Origin: Octopus vulgaris
Lineage: Eukaryota
Direction: 5' to 3'
Assembly (NCBI GenBank): GCA_951406725.2
Contig: OX597829.1
Span: forward strand, 43,028,001 to 43,092,000
DNA: 64,000 bases
The translations under genes and the position numbers were made by a program. The first letter of the stretch is position 1. The number at the start of each line of letters is the position of its first letter. A model generated the notes under the pieces. The model saw only the letters and a list, made by a program, of their open reading frames with translations, had not been told where the DNA came from and ran no database searches. Below, in pieces: positions 1 through 11,332 of this stretch.

Positions 1-174
1 TTATAAATGCAAAACAACACCATGGAGGAATTGACGTAAGCTTATATAATAAACCACAATGGGTGAACCGCGATAGGTGAACCGCGATAGGTAAACCGCG
101 ATAGGTGAACCGCGATAGATGAACCGTGATAGTGAACCGCGATAGGTGAACCACGAAATGGCGAGGAATTACTG
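1..174. mobile_element. Right end of a Tigger/pogo-like (Tc1/mariner superfamily) DNA transposon
   Basis: Reverse complement of 145-174 reads CAGTAATTCCTCGCCATTTCGTGGTTCACC, a CAGT-starting Tigger-type TIR, followed by TA at 175-176. The left end is outside the window. Confidence 0.5.
62..158 (+). repeat. 14-bp tandem repeat GGTGAACCGCGATA, about 7 units
   Basis: Directly visible; no spacers; the last unit is part of the TIR. Confidence 0.95.
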
Positions 175-260
175 TATATAAACACGAAAATATACATATA
201 TATATTTATGTATTTACACTTCTATATTTATAGGCTTATATATGCACAATATATATTCAT

Positions 261-575
261 AGGCATATGCGTGGCTGAGTGGTAAGGAGCTTCATTCCCA
301 ACCACGTGGTTCCGGGTTCAGTCCCACTGCGTGGCACCATGGGCAAGTGTGTTCTACTATGTGTTTGGGTGTGTGTGTGTGTTTGTCACACCATCATCGC
401 TTGACAACCGATGTTGGTTTGTTGACGTCACTGAAACTTAGCAGTGTCGGCAAAAGAACCGATAGAATAAGTACTAGGCTTAGAAAGAATAAGTCCTAGG
501 CGCGATTTCTTCAACGAAAGGTGGTGCTCCAGCATGGTCGCAGTCAAATGACTGAAACAAATAAATTAATAAAAG
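261..575 (+). mobile_element. tRNA-derived SINE family A (internally deleted copy)
   Basis: A-box-like TGGCTGAGTGG, B-box-like GGTTCAGTCCC, body GGGCAAGTGT..CTACTAT, tail GGTGCTCCAGCATGG..CAGTCAAATGACTGAAACA; more than 12 related copies in the window. Confidence 0.9.
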
Positions 576-653
576 AATGCATAATTCATATATACGTATA
601 TAATTATATAAGTATATATGAATATGTCTATCTCCTTGTTTCTTTCTGTGTAC

Positions 654-689
654 CTTTCTGTGGAAGAGCATAGGCTCGAAATGTTAAAG
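654..689 (+). ncRNA. Degenerate minimal type I hammerhead ribozyme motif
   Basis: CTTT-CTGTGGA-A-GAGC(ATAG)GCTC-GAAAT-GTT-AAAG: stems I and II pair; core A6 is mutated to U. Confidence 0.5.
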
Positions 690-804
690 ACTTTTTCAAT
701 TCCCGAACGTTATACTAATACATCTGTTTGCTGTTTACACCACCTGTCTTCGTCTTTTGTTTTTTGTGAATTCTCCCTATATATATATATATACATACAT
801 ATAC

Positions 805-862
<58 letters not shown>

Positions 863-1029
863 GCATATACATATGTATATAATCGCAATTAATACAGAAT
901 TTATACACACAGTAATAAAAACATGACTGATGTTTGCATATAAAATTTTTGTCACCGACATAGAGTATATGAATATTTGTTAAAAATAATAAATTAAAAA
1001 ACATGAACAGATATATGATATCAAATATG

Positions 1030-1085
<56 letters not shown>

Positions 1086-1257
1086 TATAATGATATGTAA
1101 TTGTAAGATATATATATATATATATATAAATACAGTTTACACTTAAACACATAAAAGGCATCCATCATAGGACTCCTTGCACGCTAGAAAGAACAGTTAA
1201 ATTCCAAACCATTATTAGGGATAACATTTCGAAGGGAATGAAAAATAAAAACATTTA

Positions 1258-1306
<49 letters not shown>

Positions 1307-2019
1307 TTCGTATATACATAATTGTGTGTACACACACACACACACACACATTCACATACACACACGTACACACACATATATATATATACTGCCGCATAGA
1401 CTCTCTCTTGTCATCGAAGACGATTGAATGTTCTGGATACCCTCTGACTAAAACACACAGATGCATGCTCAAATAAGGCATTCTTAACAATTTCACCGCA
1501 CTAATCATTTGTGAAACCCTTGACTTATCAAGCAACGATAACAACCGATTAAGTAACTAAAGTGGCTTCTTGTGTCTTCAACCCTTATTTAACTGGGAGT
1601 GACGACAAGGAAATGCCTTAATCTTGGTTTCTAGCCGTTTGTGCTCTGCTGGAAGTGGATTGGTAAGGGTATGTGTGTCGGTTTTTGCAACTGTGTGTGC
1701 ATGTGCATGTGAGCATATGTGTGTATGTATGTGTGTTACAGAGAGAGACAGACAGAGTGTGTGTGTGTATGTGTGTGTGTATGTGTCTGTCTGTGTGTGT
1801 GTGTGTGTGCGTGCGTGCGTTCGTACTGGTATATGTGTTTGTCTATGCTTGTACAATGTCTGTGCGATGAAATTGCGGGCGACAATGCAGACTCCTACTA
1901 ATGTGTCCTTGTGTTTTTGCCAATATTAGAACACATCTACGGGTTTATGTAAGCACAAACACACATACACACGCGTGCATACATACACACATACACACGC
2001 GCGTACATACATACATACA

Positions 2020-2088
<69 letters not shown>

Positions 2089-2183
2089 AAGTCTGTATAT
2101 GTGTATGTACATATATGTATATATATGTATACATATGTATATTATATATATATTTACATACATATATGCATATAAATCTATAT

Positions 2184-2225
<42 letters not shown>

Positions 2226-2869
2226 GTGTGTGTATATATATATACATACATATATACATACGTACATACATACACACATATATATATATATATATATAAA
2301 GAGAGAGAGAGAGAGAGAGAGATAGCTACAAACACACACACACACACATATATATATGTGTCTTTATGTGCGTGTATGTGTGTGTGAGTAAGCAATATAT
2401 GTATATTGTTTGTTTGTGTACGTGAGTAAAAAAATAATCTTTTTTTCGTAGTTATACAATTATCTAAAATTTTCTTACGTATTTATATTATATGTTGTTG
2501 AGTTACTACTAACACAGTTATTTCTTCCATGGGAAAAAGAATATTACATCTTCCAAGTTTATTTCTGTGTTAAAATTAATATGAAATTAATTAGAAAGAA
2601 AAAAAGAAGAAAAAAAAAACAAAACAAATGTCAAGAGAAAACTTGAAGTAAGAAATGTAAATAAAAGCAAAAAAAAAAAAAAAACGGGTGTAAAAAAAAT
2701 GAAGATGAAAACAAATGAAGGTGAATGAAGGATATTACATCAACATCCGGGTTAAGGCAAAACTCGGATGAAAGTAATAGAAGAAGATTAAGCGGAAGAA
2801 AGAATGGGAGAGAAGAAAGAATTACAGGAAGGAACTTAAACACCTAGATGAAGAGAGCGTTAGAAGGTT

Positions 2870-3823
<954 letters not shown>

Positions 3824-4410
3824 ATGTAACAATATATTGGAAGGAAAGAACATAAGGAAGTATAAGAAACAAGAAGAAAGGATTAAAACGAAAAGTAGAA
3901 ACAAAAAGAAATAAAGGAAAAAAGGGGAGAGTGAAATGAAAGTAATAGGGTTGAAAAGGATTAAAAGGAAAGGAGGAAAAAAAAGTCACAAAAGGGAAAG
4001 CATCAGCAATAGGGGTACAAGATATTTTCAGAACCTTCACCACTAAAAGGGGCAGACATACTTGACGAAAGGATCAGGGTGGTTCCCTTTTAGTGGTTGT
4101 TGTTTTTTAATAGGATTAATATTCCCCCCATGTAGTTAAAAACAAAAGAAAGGATGTAAAGAATGAAATGTGTTGATGGGTGGTAAAGAGAATCGGAAGG
4201 GCCGGGTAAGGTCGTGAAAAAAAATGAGAAGAAAAGTGTACACATAAAATAAGCAAGACATTTTTAATGATATGTATATATATATATGTATGTATATGTA
4301 TGTATGTATATATATATATATATATAGAGGGAGAGAGCCATATAAATGCATATATGCACACATACATACATACATACATATATATATTTATTTATACATA
4401 ATTCTGCATC

Positions 4411-4441
<31 letters not shown>

Positions 4442-4459
4442 TTATTTATGCATAAATAA

Positions 4460-4494
<35 letters not shown>

Positions 4495-4601
4495 TACACA
4501 TATATATATATATTTATTTATTTATGCATACAACTGTATACATATATTCATATATATCATATATTTATCTATTTATCTATCAATCTTTCTCTTTCTATCT
4601 C

Positions 4602-4631
<30 letters not shown>

Positions 4632-4633
<2 letters not shown>

Positions 4634-4827
4634 GGATAGATTCCTTCAAGGAATACCAGATAAGCCACCCATAATTGGATACAACTCACCCAACAAAAAC
4701 TGACTACTTGAATGGACCATAAACAAAACTTGACTTAAACAGGATTCAGATAATCCTATCAGGTGGTGCTATTAAGTTAAACATGGCCTGGACCAATCTT
4801 TAGTCGAAACATATCTAAGTTTATCTA

Positions 4828-4832
<5 letters not shown>
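4632..4832 (+). mobile_element. 3' fragment of a CR1-group LINE
   Basis: Translates [18 protein letters not shown], matching the C-terminus of the 965-aa ORF (LDLFLLGVPDEP..NSLVDQ). Followed by GGTGGTGC..CATGGCC..GAC/GTC-GAAACA and a (TATCTAAGTT)2 tail. Confidence 0.75.
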
Positions 4833-4924
<92 letters not shown>

Positions 4925-4925
<1 letters not shown>

Positions 4926-5963
4926 CTCCTTTACTCTTTTACTCGTTTCAGCCATGCGGCTGTGGTCATGCTGTAGCACCACCATGGTCTTTCTGACTTC
5001 CTCAGTCTGGGATTTCACATCACCACTCCTGTATGTGCCTTTTCCCCAGCTGTTGGTACATTTGATGTATAATTTAGTTTGATTGTGCAGCCCTCGTCCG
5101 TCTGTACCTCATGTCGGGCTGTTGGTCACCCGGCTTTGTGGAGTGGAGGATGTCTAATTCCTTTTTGAAGACATCTACTTCCACCTTACATAAATTTCTT
5201 ACTTTTCGTGGCAGGACATTGAAAAGCTGTGGGCCTTTGAAACCCTAGACTATTGCAATACCTAGTCCTGAATTTAGATGGAGTGGACGGTACCTTTGGT
5301 ACAATGCAATGGAGACCAGTTCTAACATTTGTATAAAACTCAATACCGAAGTTAGGCTCTAGCCCATCTAGGATTTTCCATATGTATATTATTGCGAGTC
5401 GGCCACGTCTTCACTCCAAGGAGTAAAGCTGCTATATTCTCAGCCTATCCCTATAGCTCATCCACTTCACTGATGTATCATTGCACAGGCTGATCCCCAA
5501 GTCTTTCACTGCCTGTGACTCTGGGATTGTAGTGCCTACGGGTCCTGTAAATGTACATTGTACTGTATTTGAATTGAGTTTTTATTGCAATGCATGAAAT
5601 TTTCCAGCATTAAACTGCATGTTGATTATTTCCGCCCACTTGTATACTGAGTCCAAGTCCTGCTGTAAGCTTGTAATATCTTTTTGGGCTTTTTACTGCC
5701 TGTGATAATTTTGCGTCATCGGCATAGCTAGTGACAGTGGCTGTGTGAGTGACTGTGGGTATTTCTAAGAGGGCTATTATGAACAGTAATGGCCCCAGAA
5801 CAGTTCCCTAGGGGACACCACTTACGATTTCAGTTTCCTCAGAAAGGGCGCCATTGGCTGCAACCACCTGACTTCTGTTTTTAAGAACGTCGTGCAACCA
5901 TTCTCCCAGTTTACCAGTAATGCCAAGGTCTTGTAGCTTATGACTTATCATGCCATGATCAAA
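4925..5963 (-). mobile_element. 5'-truncated, decayed CR1-group LINE (RT C-terminal half plus 3' UTR)
   Basis: DHGMISHKLQDLGITGKLGEWLHD..SGVP*GTVLGP..SYADDAK, homologous to the 60765-63662 ORF, with stops. Tail GGTGGTGCTACAGCATGACCACAGCCGCATGGCTGAAACGAGTAAAAGAGTAAA. Confidence 0.92.
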
Positions 5964-6400
5964 ATAGGTAATAAAAACAGGACAGTGAAAACAAACAGGA
6001 AGGGCTGCTAAGCCTAAATGAGGTTGTGGTGGCGAACGCGTAATTCGGGTTAGGACAGGAGACAAACAAGAACACATCTTCCTTGTTCCAGCTACAAAGG
6101 AGAGAAAGGAAGATGGCCGTTGGTCACGTGGGAGCCACGTGAGCAAGGGAGAAGGAGTGAGGGCGAGAGAGTGACAAAGTAATAGGATAGACAGTGGGAG
6201 ATGAGGAGGTAAAAGAATAAGAGAGAGAAAAAGAGAGAAAAACGAAAGAGTAAAAAGATCGTATAGAGTGCGCATCAGAATTATTAAGATAAAACTTATT
6301 TGGAAGAAGATGCGTGGCGTTTTATCTTAATAATTCTGATGCGCATTCTATACGATCTTTTTACTCTTTCGTTTTTCTCTTTTTCTCTCTCTTATTCTTT
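5964..6400. repeat. Unclassified repeat ending in an 82-84 bp inverted repeat (possible Penelope pseudo-LTR)
   Basis: Arms 6212-6295 and 6319-6400 with a 23-bp loop are directly visible; the Penelope assignment is inference. Confidence 0.55.
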
Positions 6401-6416
6401 ACACATATATAAATAA

Positions 6417-6452
<36 letters not shown>

Positions 6453-7105
6453 GAATAAAAATATTTGATTACACCTGCGTTAACTCCATTTTTTTATTCA
6501 TATTATTCAAAATATTCAACGTAAACACGAAGTTTCTACCTTTATAAACAAGGAGTTACAACACCTTTACTTGTGAGATTTTTGCTGCCCTGGTAACTAT
6601 TTATTTATTTTCCGTGTTAATTGTTAACAAGGTAAAAATACACTCATCTATTTATATATATACATATATATATATGCATATATACATACGTATATGTACA
6701 TACTTATATCTATACATACATATATATATATATATTCTTTTATTTTTTTACATGTTTCAGTCATTTGACTGCGGCCAAGTTGGAACACCGTCTATCTTCT
6801 TGCATAAACGCACACATACATAGACACATATATACACACATGTAAATTCTAGTATGTTTGTGCGTATGTGTGTATGTATGTGCGTATGTGCGTATGTATG
6901 TGCGTGTGTATATGTGTGTCTATGCGTGGGTGGGTGTGTGTGTGTGTGTGCAATCGTGCATGTGTGTGTTTGTGTGTTTGTAGGTATGTGTAAAGCAACA
7001 CATGGATAATTGTTTGTTCATTACAGCTGTTTCCAACGAGTTTATTATTGATGAATAGGGATATTAAATCATGCGAATAAATCCGTTTATATCAGAAAGT
7101 ATGTA

Positions 7106-7150
<45 letters not shown>

Positions 7151-7626
7151 TTATATATATACATATATATACGCAAACGTATATACATATATATATACAT
7201 GAATGAAACATTTAAAAAGCATTCAAACATCACCAGTTTTTGCCATTTCATGATTCTCTGACCAGTAATAATGGGAAAAAAATGAATTTGTTTGTTAACG
7301 TAAGTTATTAATATGAGAAAAAACATTACGTTGACAGGAAAGGAGGTAGAGAACATTTATAACAGTAAGAAGATTAAAGGAACGGGTATAAGAATAATCA
7401 GTTCTATTTCTAAAAGTTAAGGTTATTTTATTTTATTTATAATCTTTAAGAGACTGGACGATAGAGTTTCGGGCAAAAAGCCTTAAAAGATAATAAGGAA
7501 TGTGAGTAGGGGAGATATAAAATAGTGGGTGAGTCTTTGATATCATGTTCTGTCTTCTGCAAAAGATTAATTATATTATTTAATTTCATATAATTATATA
7601 TATACATATACTCACATACGTATGTA

Positions 7627-7660
<34 letters not shown>

Positions 7661-7908
7661 CTTATAAATTAACAATTGAGGATAAAATCTTTAAAAGAAA
7701 TTATCAGTAGTCAGCGTGAAAAACCTCGTAAGAGAAAAAATCCGTAAATTCTTCCTCTTTGAAAATATTCATTTATATTATATTGAGGGTACTACTATTC
7801 GTAGATACCAACACGCTAAGAGGGACCAATGCGGTCAAAACTACTAAAAATAAACAAAATTTTACCGAATGCAAAACTTCAAAACACATCATTTTAAAAA
7901 AGAATTCA

Positions 7909-7972
7909 GTTACATATCACATGTGATTTCGCATTTAATGCAGAATATGCATTTCATGTTCATCAGTGCAAC
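7909..7972 (-). ncRNA. Type I hammerhead ribozyme, near-canonical
   Basis: Minus strand: GTTGCA CTGATGA ACAT-GAA-ATGCA(TATTC)TGCAT-TAA-ATGC GAAA TCAC(AT)GTGA TA^TGTAAC. CUGAUGA, GAAA and UH are intact and three stems form; only the 10.1-11.1 pair is A-C instead of G-C. Confidence 0.8.
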
Positions 7973-8112
7973 AAACTCAAGAAATATAAGAGAAAAACAT
8001 AACATTACAAGCTCGATAGCCAACCGTAGAATTCGTATATATATAAATATATATACTTATATATATACATATATATACTTATATATATACATATATATAC
8101 GCAAACGTATAT

Positions 8113-8170
<58 letters not shown>

Positions 8171-8393
8171 TACATATACGTGTGTATATATTTATATGTA
8201 TGTATCTATCTGCACACACACACTCATATATATATATAGACGAGATGGTGAAGATGCCGACGACCGCTTTGTTCAAAGTCTCCCTTGACCTCAAGTAGCC
8301 TGAACTCTTTACATGAACACCACCCTGTACATAACTCCATGTCCCCCTACATGGCCTTGATTTTTGCTTTTTGAGCCCAAAAATTAACTAACT

Positions 8394-8439
<46 letters not shown>

Positions 8440-8440
<1 letters not shown>

Positions 8441-8720
8441 AATGAAAAATATATTGTAGATAAACAACAACAGGTAAAAAAGTATACGTGTACTGAGTGT
8501 ACAACCAGATGGGAGACTGACAGAGAGTCCCTAATTCTTCATCAGTTATCAACCAAATTGTAATACTCAGTTTCGTACCATTAGCGATAAGACTGAGAAT
8601 CTCCCATGCTGGTGGTGGCCACGAAAACCGCAGAGAATGTAGGGCATACAGCAAATAAAACAACACAGAGTGGACATAGGAAAGTATAAAATAAATGTAA
8701 CTTACAACGATGGACAACGA
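8440..8720. repeat. Dispersed repeat with a diverged second copy at about 9615-9880
   Basis: Shared blocks TACTGAGTGTACAACC, CCCTAATTCTTCATCAGTTATCAACCAA and AGAGTGGACATA.GAAAGTA.AA..TAAATGTAA. Confidence 0.8.
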
Positions 8721-9178
8721 TGAATTAAAGAAGAAACGAGCAAAATCCAGCCTTTAAGGCCAAAAGGATAAGATTGGTGAGTAACGCTTAGAAAACATCC
8801 TAAAATATATTGAAAAAAGCAAATAGCAAGTCACAGAGAATTTTTCACTACCAGTCAGCTACGCAACCGGTGTGAACGGGAGAAAATGAAAGGCTGAAAA
8901 GAAAGATGTCTACAGGTCGCGTGTGAGCAGCAGGTAGAAGAAAAAAGCATGAGAAAGAGAGAGAGAGAGCGACAGAGAGAAAACTAGGAAAGGGATGAAG
9001 GGGGAAAGGGGAAAAAAGTGAATAGCTACGAACACAAGAGAGTGAGATATAGTAAACAGGGTTAGGTAGAAAGGCTAGAAATAGAAGAGGGCAAGAGAGA
9101 GAGAGAGAGAGAGAAAGAGACTGAAGGAAAGAAGAGTCGCAGAGATATATGAAAAAAACATACTGTTAATAAAATCGG

Positions 9179-9614
9179 GGTGCATGCGTTCCGTTTGTGT
9201 GGTAAGTAGCTTGCTAACCAACCACATGGTTCCAGGTTCAGTCCCACTGCGTGTCATCTTGGGCAAGTGTCTTCTACTATAGCCCCGGGCCGACCAATGC
9301 CTTGTGAGTGGATTTGGTAGACGGAAACTGAAAGAAGCCTGTCGTATATATGTATATATATATATGTGTGTGTGTATGTGTTTGTGTGTTTGTGTTTGTC
9401 CCCCTTTTGTGTGTTTGTGTTTGTGTTTGACAACCGATGCTGGTGTGTTTACGTCCCTGTCACTTAGCGGTTCGGCAAAAGAGACGGATAGAATAAGTAC
9501 TGGGCTTACAAAGAATAAGTCCCGCCGGGGTCGATTTGCTCGACTAAAGGCGGTGCTCCAGCATAGCCGCAGTCAAATGACTGAAACAAGTAAAAGAGTA
9601 AAGAGTAAAGAGTA
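9179..9614 (+). mobile_element. SINE family A
   Basis: Full head-body-tail with an internal (TA)/(TG) tract and an (AGTAAAG)n tail. Confidence 0.92.
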
Positions 9615-10180
9615 ATGTATTGTAAGTAAACGACGACAAGTAAAAAACGTACAGGCATACTGAGTGTACAACCGGATGCGAGACAAACACAGAAGCTCCC
9701 TAATTCTTCATCAGTTATCAACCAAGTGGTAATGCTCAGTTTTCCGCACCATTAATGATAAGAGTGAGAACTTTGCATGCTGACGGTGTCTGCGAAGGCC
9801 GAGGAGACTATAGGACCTACAGCAAGCAAAACAACATAGAGTGGACATACGAAAGTAAAATAAATGTAATTTACGACGATCGGTTTATAAGTGTTAAGAT
9901 CCATGGATCCAAGTGTAGGGCGTTAATAAGCTTGACAGGTATATAAAAAAAATGCAAAAACAAAAAGTGGAGTGTGTACGTTTAGGAGCAATAATAATCA
10001 TTTCATCAGAGAAGCAGCTAGATAAGAAACACATATAGCCTGGATTTTCTTGATCCACGCCCTCAATTTGGATTCATATACATACATACATACACACACA
10101 CACATACACACATACGTACATGCATATATATATATATATACATATATATAAATATACACACACACACACACATATATGTA

Positions 10181-10231
<51 letters not shown>

Positions 10232-10502
10232 GTACATATATATACATACACACACATGTAAGTGTGTGTGAGTGTGTTTCTTTCTATCTGTGTTTGTCTC
10301 CCACCACTGTTATACAACCGGTGCTGGTACGCTTATGTCTCCATGACTTAGCGGTTCGGCAATAGAATTCTTAGAATAAGTACGAGGCTTAGAAGAAAAA
10401 GGTCCTGGGGTCGATTTGCTCGATTAAAACTTCTTCAAGGTGATGCCCAAGCATGGCCGCAGTCTAGTATGTCTATATCTATCTATCTATCTATCTATCT
10501 AT

Positions 10503-11262
10503 TTCCGACCTGTGGGCTTATGTCGAACAACTGCTGTCACGTGTGGGACGAGTCGGTTTATCAGCTGAGTCTATCGTCAATATTGTCACGCCTCCTTCCT
10601 TCAAACGGGAAGGAAGAGCTATTTTCATCATCCTTGTGGCTATGGCGAAATAATGTATCTGGTGGACGCGTCTGAAAGGATTGGAGACAAACACTTTCCT
10701 CTCTGGTCAATCTCTCATCAACTTCTTCAAGTACTACTTGAAAAGGAAAGTGAGAGTAGAGAGGCAAGTTTTGTCTAGCGAATGTTTTAAAAAAGATGGG
10801 TGAATGTAGCAAGGATGGCACGTATGAATGACGAAGCCACCTTGAGCATAATCCTATGAACCCAGAAATTGAAAACAGAGGGTTACCCACTTGCAAACAA
10901 ATGTGGTAACATATAACAATATTGACCAAGGTTACCGTGGTCTTTTTCGTAGGCTTTTCTTCCCACGGATAAACCTTGCTTGCTTTCCCCTTTACACCAT
11001 ACATCATGACACTGTGATACACGATCCCTATTGATCGATTTTTTTTCCTCTTCCCCTTTTTTCCCTCTTTTTTCTTCTTTTTTCATTTTCCTTTCTTTTG
11101 TTCCTTTCCCTTTTTCTTTTTTTCTTTTCCTTATTCTTTCCTTTTTACGATCCCTTTTGATCGAAAACCTACGCCACCTTTTTTTTTTCATCCCCCAAAA
11201 GAAAAGCTCTACCTTGTAACTTGTCCCATCTGTGTGCAGCCCTGTGTGGCCAATAAAGAAAC
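10503..11262 (+). mobile_element. 3' end of a Tx1/L1-like LINE (ORF2 C-terminus plus 3' UTR)
   Basis: Translates DLWAYVEQLL..LVAMAK*CIWWTRLK..YLKRKVRVERQ..F(fs)KRWVNVARM..IIL*, the AKxxIWxxR and FxxxW pattern of L1/Tx1 ORF2 ends. Pyrimidine-rich UTR, AATAAA at 11252, (TCTA)n on both sides. Confidence 0.7.
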
Positions 11263-11269
11263 TTATCTT

Positions 11270-11332
<63 letters not shown>

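Noticed and set aside
4039-4097. 13-bp inverted repeat ACCACTAAAAGGG/CCCTTTTAGTGGT
   Set aside because: Short and isolated, with no TSD or recognisable RNA motif.
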